A stretch of DNA of 45,405 bases. It comes from a virus. Taxonomy: Duplodnaviria; Caudoviricetes. The position numbers and the translations under genes were made by a program. Below, in pieces: positions 19,631 through 27,898 of this stretch (the first letter of the stretch is position 1; each line of letters opens with the position of its first letter). The notes under the pieces were generated by a model. The model saw only the letters and a program-made list of their open reading frames with translations. It did no database searches and was not told where the DNA came from. Location: positions 1 to 45,405 of the IMG/VR virus record IMGVR_UViG_3300043029_000195; one strand, 5' to 3'.

Positions 19631-20444
19631 TTTCATCCACCTTTCTGAAAGCACCACTTCCTTCTAGATGCTTAAGAAGTGTCTTCCTGGTTTTCTTGTA
19701 CTCAGGACCATTCATCCCGATACGGATCAGCCAGGTTCTAAGTGCATACTTCGGGTTGTCATCTTGGGCCTGTTTGTAGGATGCGCGGCTTAAGGTTCTA
19801 GCATAGTTCGCTATGAGAACACATAAATCCTGAAATGCCTTGATCCTTTCTGGATTCAAGTTTGAGCTGTGAAGTTTGAAGGTATACGTCTTCTCATCAA
19901 AATCAATCTGAAATCCTGGACACCTATTTGTCCCCAGTTCTTCAAGGGCTTCTTTAAGCGCCTCCAAATCTTTAATCTCTGGCTTATTCAGGTCTTCTGC
20001 AAACCCATCATCCATGAAGGCTTCCTCTGTTTCAAAAGCCATCATGATAAGCCGCTGCTTGCTGCAAAGCATGTTGATGATATTCTTCAGGCTATCAGCT
20101 GTGTGATCTTCAAAGTTTAATTTAACTTCGACCCCACTAAGTTCTTCTAGCAGATTAGTCGATTCAGCATTTTGAGCTGCCTCATGAGTTTCAGTTTGAT
20201 TCATCTGCACTTCATCACTTTCCTCTTGATCAGTCAGTGGCTCTGGTTCTAATTGTTGATTCAGGATTTCTTCCATGGTGATGGGCTCTCCATCGCCTCT
20301 CGTAATACCACCATGTCTGTCTATGGTGTAGACTTCATTTTCTGTTCTGATTTCATAAGCAAAGCTTGGAACACTTAGGTACTTAGGTTTCACGCCAAAG
20401 TGCTCACCCAGTTGTTTGATCATTTCTTTCCGGTCCATATTCAT
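19617..20444 (-). CDS. Hypothetical protein with an amidoligase-like C-terminal domain
   Basis: PKYLSVPSFAYEI N-terminus; C-terminal DNPKYALRTWLIRIG...LLKHLEGSGAFR aligns by eye with the amidoligase C-terminus. Confidence 0.8.
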   Translation of the reverse strand: MNMDRKEMIKQLGEHFGVKPKYLSVPSFAYEIRTENEVYTIDRHGGITRGDGEPITMEEILNQQLEPEPLTDQEESDEVQMNQTETHEAAQNAESTNLLEELSGVEVKLNFEDHTADSLKNIINMLCSKQRLIMMAFETEEAFMDDGFAEDLNKPEIKDLEALKEALEELGTNRCPGFQIDFDEKTYTFKLHSSNLNPERIKAFQDLCVLIANYARTLSRASYKQAQDDNPKYALRTWLIRIGMNGPEYKKTRKTLLKHLEGSGAFRKVDENDET

Positions 20445-20465
20445 ACCTCCTTCGTTTTGGTACTT

Positions 20466-20498
20466 ACATATATCACTCTAAACACAGGATATAGCAAG
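20466..20498 (-). promoter_or_regulatory. 33-bp repeated promoter-like motif
   Basis: CTTGCTATATCCTGTGTTTAGAGTGATATATGT. Confidence 0.75.
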
Positions 20499-20581
20499 GT
20501 ATTTCTTTGATTTACCAAAACATAAACGCACTTAAATACCCGCACCACTCTACCCAATGCGGATAATTAAGTGCACCAGCT

Positions 20582-20602
20582 AAAAAAGGGCTATGTGCCC
20601 TT
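20582..20602 (-). terminator. Intrinsic terminator
   Basis: AAGGGC-ACATA-GCCCTT-TTTT. Confidence 0.65.
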
Positions 20603-20611
20603 CTTCAGTTT

Positions 20612-20923
20612 TTAAAGTTCAAGACCGGTGTAACGCGGGTAATCATACCCTTCCGTATTTACCAGGACCTTCTCTCCCGTGTCGATGTTTACGACTCGGA
20701 TGCATCTGATTTTACCGTCTTGGTCCATCCCCCCATCTTCATGGGAGATCCAAGGCTGATCTTTGAAAAAGTCCTGGGCAAAATCTCTGAACTCTGCATC
20801 CTTTAGAATCACTTCTCTTGTGATGGTGTATGGCTGCCCTTTCTTTCCCTCTTTGATGGCTTGGTGGGTGAGTTCTTTTAGCTCTACAAGGTCTCACACT
20901 TTTCTACCGAATAATGCTTTCAT
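20612..20923 (-). pseudogene. 103-codon phage hypothetical gene interrupted by an in-frame TGA at codon 10
   Basis: ATG coupled to upstream stop (TGATG); MKALFGRKV*DLVELKELTHQAIKEGKKGQPYTITREVILKD... continues in frame to ...NTEGYDYPRYTGLEL. Confidence 0.75.
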
Positions 20924-21114
20924 CACTTTCTCCCTCCCACTCTTTTAAAATACCCCGTTTCCAGAAATTCCTTCATTTCACCTGGGGTGTAGATCAGGCA
21001 TTCATCATCTCTTTCTTCAATGGGAGCTAAAATAAAATCCCGATCCCATTTCCCAGCGACTTCATAAACCTTACCATTTCTGTTTTCAAACCTATCTTTC
21101 TTTTGAATCATCAT
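20923..21114 (-). CDS. Small hypothetical protein (63 aa)
   Basis: RBS AAGGAGG and upstream promoter motif. Confidence 0.75.
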   Translation of the reverse strand: MMIQKKDRFENRNGKVYEVAGKWDRDFILAPIEERDDECLIYTPGEMKEFLETGYFKRVGGRK

Positions 21115-21153
21115 TTCTTTGACCTCCTTGCATTTTGTTTGTTTTTGGTACTA

Positions 21154-21186
21154 ACATATATCACTCTAAAGCTACATAAATGCAAG
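21154..21186 (-). promoter_or_regulatory. 33-bp repeated promoter-like motif
   Basis: CTTGCATTTATGTAGCTTTAGAGTGATATATGT. Confidence 0.75.
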
Positions 21187-21221
21187 TCTTATCTTGAGAA
21201 ATGATGTATATTTTCTAAGTC

Positions 21222-21716
21222 TTACAGAAAACTCGGCGGGTACTTCTTAATGGATTTTTCACTGATGGCCAGAGCATTCTCTATAAATGCTTCATCAAAT
21301 CCGGCAGCCTTATAACCTTCTTTCACAGTCTCAAGGTAACTTCTGCTTGGAAGGTTGAGATGGATCCTATCCAGAATCTTATCGGTCATGATGTACACCA
21401 TGGCTGTAATGATCGTTCCATCTTCCAAGGTGACTTTCACATCTTCCTTTTCATAAAACCTCGGATAGCCTTCGTAAAAGTCCAGTGCCTTTTCATCTTC
21501 CGGCTCAAGCTCCCAAACAACCACCGGAACTTTACCACCACGTTTTTTCTCAATGGTGCAGTAGGCATTTCCCATCTGACCTTTAAATAGTAGACGGTAT
21601 CCTTTTAGGAACCCTTTGCCATAAACCTTAGCCGCCTTGCACCTCATGGCCATTTGACCGAGATTGAGATTGGACCCATAGGCCACGTTTAGTCTTTTTT
21701 CCACTTTCATCATCAC
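21222..21716 (-). CDS. Gamma-glutamylcyclotransferase (AIG2-like) protein
   Basis: AYGSNL...M..RC, LDFYEGYP, PS..YL. Confidence 0.9.
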   Translation of the reverse strand: MMMKVEKRLNVAYGSNLNLGQMAMRCKAAKVYGKGFLKGYRLLFKGQMGNAYCTIEKKRGGKVPVVVWELEPEDEKALDFYEGYPRFYEKEDVKVTLEDGTIITAMVYIMTDKILDRIHLNLPSRSYLETVKEGYKAAGFDEAFIENALAISEKSIKKYPPSFL

Positions 21717-21849
21717 TTCATCCTTTCTTAAAGAGCGGTTTATCCCCCTCAGCTTCGCCCGTGTGGGCTTTTGTTTGAAGATGGGAACCCTTCTACCACC
21801 TTAAGAGCGGTCTCCCGCTCGGTGGGCTTGAAGGCGCCGCCTTTTTTAT

Positions 21850-22773
21850 CTATGCGGCTGTACGAAATCTCCAGGCTGCACTGCCATCCAGGTGCTTACA
21901 AAGGTGCTCTCTGCAGTTCTTGAAGTCGTCTCCAATAAAGCCGATTCGGTTAAGCCAGGTTCTCATGGAGAACTTTGGGTTTTCAATCTGTGGCTTCTTG
22001 CTGCTGGCACTCTTTTGAGTCAAGGCCTGATGGTTCATCGCAAGGCTTAAGGCAACGTAGCTTCGAATCTTTCCTGCGTGAAGGGTTCCGTTGAATCCCC
22101 TAAGCTCAACCGTTCCGCATCCGTTAAAAAGGCTGTGAAGGTTTAGAAAATGGTATCGGCTTTCATGGTAATGTCTTTCTCTTCTCTCGCTGTAGTCTTG
22201 GTACCAGATGTCTTCAATCTGCTTCATGGTGGTTGGCTTTTTCTTGTTCATTCTCTCAACAAGGCGTTGGTCCATCTTTTTGCAGTAGTGCATTCTTCTT
22301 CTCTCTATTTGAAGGGCATCGTATAAAAGGTCGTTTCTTGAGTAGATAATGTTCATGAAGTTTCTGATGGACCTTGGTGTGTGGTCCCTGCCATCCAAGT
22401 GGATGTGAATGCCGGTGCAGTTTTGCTGTTCTGAAAAAGCTCCGGCTTTCCTAAGTTTTCTCACCATCTCCTGAAGGCTTGTCATGTCTTTTTCGTAGGT
22501 TAGGATTGGGCTAACCAGTTCGACGCTATATTCTTTTGAGGCTGAAACCTTCTGGCCACCTGATTTCTTTTGAGTGGTTATGCTTCCGTCATACATCACT
22601 TTCCACTTTCGCCCATCGGATGCTGTGATTCTAAAGGTTCCGTAGTAATCATGAAGCTCCTCGAGGCTACCGCCTAAATGCTCTGCTACAATCTTAGCTG
22701 CTCTTCTTCTTGTGATTCCTGTAAATTCAATCTCGATGCCGAAGTTGCTCTGTAAAAAATCCTTGTTTTCCAT
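21850..22773 (-). CDS. Putative amidoligase (Amidoligase_2 family)
   Basis: FGIEIE, DGSI, ELVSPIL, CTGIHIH, RYHFLN, TVELR; start MENKD from RBS AAAGGGGA. Confidence 0.9.
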   Translation of the reverse strand: MENKDFLQSNFGIEIEFTGITRRRAAKIVAEHLGGSLEELHDYYGTFRITASDGRKWKVMYDGSITTQKKSGGQKVSASKEYSVELVSPILTYEKDMTSLQEMVRKLRKAGAFSEQQNCTGIHIHLDGRDHTPRSIRNFMNIIYSRNDLLYDALQIERRRMHYCKKMDQRLVERMNKKKPTTMKQIEDIWYQDYSERRERHYHESRYHFLNLHSLFNGCGTVELRGFNGTLHAGKIRSYVALSLAMNHQALTQKSASSKKPQIENPKFSMRTWLNRIGFIGDDFKNCREHLCKHLDGSAAWRFRTAA

Positions 22774-22817
22774 GGTATTTTCCCCTTTCTCATTTAGGTG
22801 TGTTTCTTTGGTCATGT

Positions 22818-22850
22818 ACATATATCACTCTAAACGAGATATATAGCAAG
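22818..22850 (-). promoter_or_regulatory. 33-bp repeated promoter-like motif
   Basis: CTTGCTATATATCTCGTTTAGAGTGATATATGT. Confidence 0.75.
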
Positions 22851-22878
22851 TTAATAATGAGGAAAATACTGTATTTAT

Positions 22879-24141
22879 TTATACACTTTGAATTTCTGAA
22901 GGTTTCTCAACATCTCTGATATGAACCTTTTCGCCATCTCGAAGTACATACACATCTTGATCTGTCCCCACTTGTTCGATAAACCTTTTTACTATAACGG
23001 TGGCATACTTGGGGTCAAGTTCTAGTGTATAGGCGATTCGGTCGATCTGCTCACATGCAATGAGTGTAGAACCACTGCCACCAAATAGGTCCATGACAAT
23101 CCCGTTAACCTGGGATGAATTCTTAATGGGGTAACAAAGAAGCGGCACAGGCTTCATGGTCGGATGTTCACCATTCTTCTTTGGTTTATCATAGTTCCAT
23201 ACTGTTGTCTCAGACCTTCCGGTAAACCATTTGTGTTTACCTCCTCTAAGCCATCCGAAGAGAATCGGTTCATGGATCCAGTTATATGGACTACGACCTA
23301 AGACCAGGGAGTTCTTCTTCCAGATACACACGCCACTTAAGTGAAAGCCCGCTTCAATGAAAGCTCTTCTGAAATTAAGTCCTTCTGTATCCGCATGGAA
23401 AACATAGATGGATCCACCAGGAGCAGTATGCTCCGCCATGTTTTTAAAGGCTGCAAGCAGGAAGCTATAGAAGGTGTCGTTATCTTGTTTATCATTTTGA
23501 ATCTTAAGACCGCTGGCGCTTTCGAAGTCCACGTTGTAAGGAGGATCTGTCAGGACGAGATTGGCCTTCTTTCCATCCATGAGCTTTTCTACATCTTCAG
23601 GTTTCGTTGCATCACCACAAAGCAGACGGTGTCTACCGAGGAGCCATACATCTCCCGGTTCAACAAAGGCTGCTTCCTCTAATGCTTTATTCACATCGTA
23701 ATCATCATCTTTTGCATCCTTATCATGAACCTGGCTAAAGAGGTCTTCAATCTCTGCAGCATCAAATCCAGTAAGGGTCACATCAAAGTCTTGAGCTTCC
23801 AAATCTTTGATCAGATCAGCCAGAGCTTCAAACTCCCAGTCACCGGTTACTTTGTTTAATGCAACATTGAGAGCCTTTTCTCTTTCAGGACTCATCTTAA
23901 CAATGACACATTCAACTTCAGTGTGACCCTCCGCCACCAGCACCTTATATCGTTGATGACCTCCGACAATATTTCCCGTCTCTTCATTCCAGATGATTGG
24001 CTCAACATACCCGAACTCTGTCATGGACCTTTTCAGCTTTTCATAAGCAGGATCTCCGGGCTTTAAATCTTTTCTTGGGTTATATTCTGCCGGGTTGATA
24101 TCCGTTACCGGCACTTTTCTTATAATCATGTCCTGTTTCAT
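22879..24141 (-). CDS. ParB-like domain fused to an N6/N4 DNA methyltransferase
   Basis: N-terminal YNPR..FGYVEPII..GGHQR; TDPPY motif IV, HPTMKP, DLFGGSGST motif I. Confidence 0.93.
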   Translation of the reverse strand: MKQDMIIRKVPVTDINPAEYNPRKDLKPGDPAYEKLKRSMTEFGYVEPIIWNEETGNIVGGHQRYKVLVAEGHTEVECVIVKMSPEREKALNVALNKVTGDWEFEALADLIKDLEAQDFDVTLTGFDAAEIEDLFSQVHDKDAKDDDYDVNKALEEAAFVEPGDVWLLGRHRLLCGDATKPEDVEKLMDGKKANLVLTDPPYNVDFESASGLKIQNDKQDNDTFYSFLLAAFKNMAEHTAPGGSIYVFHADTEGLNFRRAFIEAGFHLSGVCIWKKNSLVLGRSPYNWIHEPILFGWLRGGKHKWFTGRSETTVWNYDKPKKNGEHPTMKPVPLLCYPIKNSSQVNGIVMDLFGGSGSTLIACEQIDRIAYTLELDPKYATVIVKRFIEQVGTDQDVYVLRDGEKVHIRDVEKPSEIQSV

Positions 24142-24166
24142 CAGATCCCCTCCGTTTCTTGGCATT

Positions 24167-24196
24167 AAAAAAGCCCTAGACCGAGGTCATAAGGCT
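24167..24196 (-). terminator. Terminator-like hairpin upstream of the methyltransferase
   Basis: AGCCTTATGACC-TC-GGTCTAGGGCT then TTTTTAATGCC. Confidence 0.6.
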
Positions 24197-24354
24197 AAAA
24201 TTTACTAAATATTATAGAAAAACACCCGTTTTTCAAGGTTGTAATGAATTCACTTTGACTTAATTTCTTGTTTATTCATGGGTGGCTACATCCCACTATT
24301 CATGCGATTTTCAGGCGATTCTCTCCCTGTGAATATTGCACATGAATTTCGGGA

Positions 24355-24450
24355 TATACCCCCCTTTGGATTTTCGCGATTTCTCACAAAAGACCCTGGC
24401 GCGTTGTCGTTTGAAGGCTTCTGTGGAGATTCAGACCCCCTACCCCCTCG
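24355..24450. other. Candidate cos/packaging initiation region
   Basis: GC-rich non-coding stretch bounded by G-runs right after the HNH gene in a P27-terS/HK97-portal phage; exact cut site not determinable. Confidence 0.5.
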
Positions 24451-24808
24451 TTGGTTTCGGATTATTACCAAAGCCTCCATCTTCTTCAGCAGTCTTCTTG
24501 GAGTGACAACTTTTACAGAGAGATTGCCAGTTATTTTTGTTCCAGAAGAGCTTACGGTCACCACCGTGTGGTTTGATGTGGTCCACCTCTGTTGCCGGAG
24601 TGAATCTTCCTTCTCTCTCGCAGTGAACACACAAGGGATGCTTCTTAAGAAACTCCTTGCTGGCCTTTCGCCATTGGTAGGTGTACATCTTTGAAGTCCT
24701 ATCGTTCTGGACCCTCGTCATTTCTTTCTTGTGCTTCTCACAATATCTATCATGGGTCAGTGATTGACACCCAGGATAGTTGCAGATGCTCTTTGGTTTC
24801 CAGGGCAT
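24440..24808 (-). CDS. HNH endonuclease (terminase-associated)
   Basis: CVHC...VDHIKPH...NWQSLCKSCHSKKT. Confidence 0.93.
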   Translation of the reverse strand: MPWKPKSICNYPGCQSLTHDRYCEKHKKEMTRVQNDRTSKMYTYQWRKASKEFLKKHPLCVHCEREGRFTPATEVDHIKPHGGDRKLFWNKNNWQSLCKSCHSKKTAEEDGGFGNNPKPTRG

Positions 24809-24846
24809 CAATCTCACCTCCCGTTTTTCCCTTAAAAAAGGTATAG

Positions 24847-24873
24847 AAAAAGCTCCAGTTCATTAACTAGAGC
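24847..24873 (-). terminator. Terminator-like hairpin inside the late-operon leader
   Basis: GCTCTAGTT-AATG-AACTGGAGC-TTTTT. Confidence 0.65.
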
Positions 24874-24980
24874 CCTTGATCCAAGAATGCTGCGTTTCCT
24901 AATATTCGAATCGATATAGCTTAGGCGTATGCTACAGCATATGGTGTTCCTGAATTATTTTCTATACCTTTACACCATAT

Positions 24981-25025
24981 ACTATAGCACGGGTGCCTAC
25001 TGACATTCACTGACATTTACTGACA
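24981..25025 (-). promoter_or_regulatory. Late promoter: three TGTCAGT direct repeats (10-bp period) and extended -10 TGCTATAGT
   Basis: Plus-strand actgaca at 24999, 25009 and 25019 overlapping the regulator stop codon; RinA/ArpU/Ltr-type geometry. Confidence 0.75.
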
Positions 25026-25436
25026 CAATTTCATCCTTTCGAATTCTTTTAGGGCTTTCCCATGAATTCTATACACCGTTCTTGGATCATAACCCATGGA
25101 AGCAGCTATCTCGTCCCAGCCTTTTCCGCTGAGGTATCGAAGCTCAAGTAAGAGCTGTTGGTTAATATCATCCATCATGTTAATGGTATCTTGAATGTCT
25201 TTCTTAAGATCAACCAAACGATCAATGTCAGCATTGATTTCATTTTCAAGGTCGATGACTTTCACCATGGTGCTTTCCATCTTGCTCTTCTCAATATTCC
25301 CACCGCAGATTTTTTCCTTGGTAAAGCTCGATGTAACTTTCATGGCTAGGCTCTTCAGAGTTGCCAGTTGCTCTAACTTGCTATCAATCATCTGGTCCAG
25401 CCAGATTGCTTGAGATAAATATTCCTTTGCATTCAT
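25017..25436 (-). CDS. Late transcriptional activator (DUF1492/ArpU/RinA-like)
   Basis: MNAKEYLSQ, LLELRYL...WDEIA..MGY..R.VYRIHGKAL; last gene before the HNH/packaging module. Confidence 0.85.
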   Translation of the reverse strand: MNAKEYLSQAIWLDQMIDSKLEQLATLKSLAMKVTSSFTKEKICGGNIEKSKMESTMVKVIDLENEINADIDRLVDLKKDIQDTINMMDDINQQLLLELRYLSGKGWDEIAASMGYDPRTVYRIHGKALKEFERMKLCQ

Positions 25437-25666
25437 TAGCCCACCTCCACATCATCTAATAGACTCATCTTCCCTCCGTAATAAAGCTCCATGATATTTC
25501 TTCTTGTCGCAGGATCCAATGAGTTTATTCTTCTAAAGACCTTCTTTTGGTCTTCATCCGCCTGAGCTTTTGTCTTGAAGAATGAACAGCTTTCACCTTC
25601 ACACTTCTTGACCTTTAATGCCTTACACTTTCCGTTTCTATATGCAAAACAATGCTGCTCCATCAT
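25436..25666 (-). CDS. Small Cys-containing hypothetical protein
   Basis: CFAY..C.AL...C...CSFFKT; overlaps both neighbours. Confidence 0.75.
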   Translation of the reverse strand: MMEQHCFAYRNGKCKALKVKKCEGESCSFFKTKAQADEDQKKVFRRINSLDPATRRNIMELYYGGKMSLLDDVEVG

Positions 25667-26094
25667 TTAGATGCACCTCCCGTTTCTTCACACTCGTTGG
25701 TAAAATATCTAATTGGTATGTTCCATCTCTTCGCTCTGGCAATCTCTACACTCATGCCTGAGGAGATCCTGTTCCCAAAGACCCAAAGCTCATGGCATTT
25801 ACTTAAGAGTATGAGTCCCATATCAATCCCCAGCTGTCGTTCCTCAGGATCATCTTCCTCAAGAAACTGTGGGTACATCAAATGTGGGATGATGGGTACC
25901 GCTTTTTCAGTCACTGCAAATCTTCCATACCTTCTTGCCCGTCTGGTGTTCCCTTCAATGTCACCGGCAAAGGGACTGCAGATGAACACGATCTTCTTTT
26001 TCTTTCGCTGCTTTTCTTCTTTTTCAATATTGGTTAACGCCTCAAAGACCGTTGGGTCATGATAGCCTTCAGCATTAAATTTATTTACACTCAT
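25663..26094 (-). CDS. DUF4406/nucleoside 2-deoxyribosyltransferase-like protein
   Basis: VFICSPFAGD, PHL, CHELWVFG..ISSGM..EI. Confidence 0.8.
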   Translation of the reverse strand: MSVNKFNAEGYHDPTVFEALTNIEKEEKQRKKKKIVFICSPFAGDIEGNTRRARRYGRFAVTEKAVPIIPHLMYPQFLEEDDPEERQLGIDMGLILLSKCHELWVFGNRISSGMSVEIARAKRWNIPIRYFTNECEETGGASK

Positions 26095-26099
26095 TTTCT

Positions 26100-27500
26100 T
26101 TATCCTCCATTTCTCAAGTTTTCTATTCTGGCCTTTACTGCTTCGATCAAAGCATTCTGACCAGTGTCTTTATTATCAAGTGCCATCATCACTCTATGAT
26201 CAATGGTGTCTTTGGCTAGAAGATGATGGATCACTACCGTTTGCATCTGACCTTGCCGCCACAGTCTGGCATTAGCTTGTTGGTATAGTTCAAGACTCCA
26301 TGTGACACTAAACCAAATGATGGTGGAACCACCCTCTTGAAGGTTAAGTCCATGCCCAGCTGATGCTGGGTGACAAAGTGCTATCTTCATTTCCCCCCGG
26401 TTCCATCTGGCAATGTCCTCAGAGGTGTTGATGTCTCCTGCATCAAATCTCTCTTTGATACGGTCACGCTCATGCCTGAAACCATAGTAGATGAGGACCG
26501 GTTTACCGTTAGCTGCTTCAACTAGATCCTCTAAAGCATCCAGCTTTCTGTCATGAATCTGGTGTACATCTCCATACTCGTCATAGACTGTTCCACCTGA
26601 CATCTGTAGGAGCTTGTTGGAAAGCACTGCTGCATTGGCAGCATCCACATCACTGTCCTCAAGAGGAAGAAGCAGGTCTCGTTCAAGCTTTCGGTAGAGC
26701 TTCATTTCCTTTTCTGACAGCTCCACTTCTACTTTGTTGAAGATAATCTCCGGCATCTTCAGATACTCAAGAGCTTTCATACTGATACAGATATCAGAAA
26801 TCTTGTCGTAGATTTTATCCTCTGCATCATCATTCAGTGCATAGTCTGTTGGTATGCCACCATTCACATATTTCTGTGGGTGGAAGTATCTGCTGCGGTA
26901 TCCACTGAAGGTTCTTCCCAGCCGCTCGCCACCATCCAAAAGGTAAATCTGACTCCATATATCTAAGAGGCCGTTGGGAGCTGGCGTTCCTGTAAGTCCT
27001 ACAATCCTTTTGATTTTGTGTCTGACCTTCTTCAGTGCTCTGAACCTTTTAGCCGATGGTGATTTAAAACTGGAAAGTTCATCAATGATCACCATGTCAA
27101 AGGGCCAGTCGTTTTTATAAAACTCCACGAGCCATGGAACATTCTCCCTGTTGATGGTGTAGATATCCGCTTTCTTGTAAAGGGCCATGGTACGCTCCTT
27201 CGCACTACCGAGGACCCTAGATACCCTTAAGTTCTTCAGATGCTTCCACTTCAGAACCTCATCCAGCCATGTGGTGTTTGCCACGCGCAGAGGTGCAATC
27301 ACTAATACCTTGGATACTTCAAACCGATCGTGCAGTAGGTCTACAAGAGCAGTCAGTGTGATCACACTCTTTCCAAGTCCCATATCTAGGAAGAGACCTG
27401 CAGATGTTTTCTCCAAGATGAACTCTGTACAGTGGGTTTGATATTCATGAGGGTTATACGGTAGTCTTGATTTAGGCAGTACAACTTCTGGCAATCCCAT
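26100..27500 (-). CDS. SNF2-family helicase
   Basis: DMGLGKS, IDELS, LTGTP, GHGLNLQ, QANARLWRQGQ; exact start uncertain. Confidence 0.93.
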   Translation of the reverse strand: MGLPEVVLPKSRLPYNPHEYQTHCTEFILEKTSAGLFLDMGLGKSVITLTALVDLLHDRFEVSKVLVIAPLRVANTTWLDEVLKWKHLKNLRVSRVLGSAKERTMALYKKADIYTINRENVPWLVEFYKNDWPFDMVIIDELSSFKSPSAKRFRALKKVRHKIKRIVGLTGTPAPNGLLDIWSQIYLLDGGERLGRTFSGYRSRYFHPQKYVNGGIPTDYALNDDAEDKIYDKISDICISMKALEYLKMPEIIFNKVEVELSEKEMKLYRKLERDLLLPLEDSDVDAANAAVLSNKLLQMSGGTVYDEYGDVHQIHDRKLDALEDLVEAANGKPVLIYYGFRHERDRIKERFDAGDINTSEDIARWNRGEMKIALCHPASAGHGLNLQEGGSTIIWFSVTWSLELYQQANARLWRQGQMQTVVIHHLLAKDTIDHRVMMALDNKDTGQNALIEAVKARIENLRNGG

Positions 27501-27771
27501 CCACCACACCTCCAATGTCATCTGGATGGTCTAGGCAATAAACTAAAAACCCTAGTCCTTCCAGCTCACCTTTTCTCTTTATCTGATTTGGTCTCATCTT
27601 CTTTCCCGGAGCTTTCACTTCAACAAATCCTACTCTTCCACCGGGCAGAAGTACCAACCTGTCAGGCACTCCATTTATTCCAGGGGAGATAAACTTAAAA
27701 GCTCTCCCACCTCTTCTTTTCACTTCTTTTACGAGCATCAGCTCAAGTTCCTTTTCAGTCATGTCTTTCAC
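27472..27771 (-). CDS. VRR-NUC domain nuclease
   Basis: GVPDR, FVEVKAPG, RPNQ. Confidence 0.92.
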   Translation of the reverse strand: MKDMTEKELELMLVKEVKRRGGRAFKFISPGINGVPDRLVLLPGGRVGFVEVKAPGKKMRPNQIKRKGELEGLGFLVYCLDHPDDIGGVVDGIARSCTA

Positions 27772-27898
27772 CTCAATTTCTGTTGCTGCAATTCATGTGT
27801 TTACTTCTCATCTACTTAATCAACTTCATTGATTCATACTCCACTAATTTCTACTTCTCATCTTTAAAGGAAAAGTAGTATCCAGGGCATAATGCTTT

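Noticed and set aside
20860-20896. Selenocysteine recoding of the in-frame TGA
   Set aside because: No convincing SECIS-like hairpin follows and there is no redox motif context.
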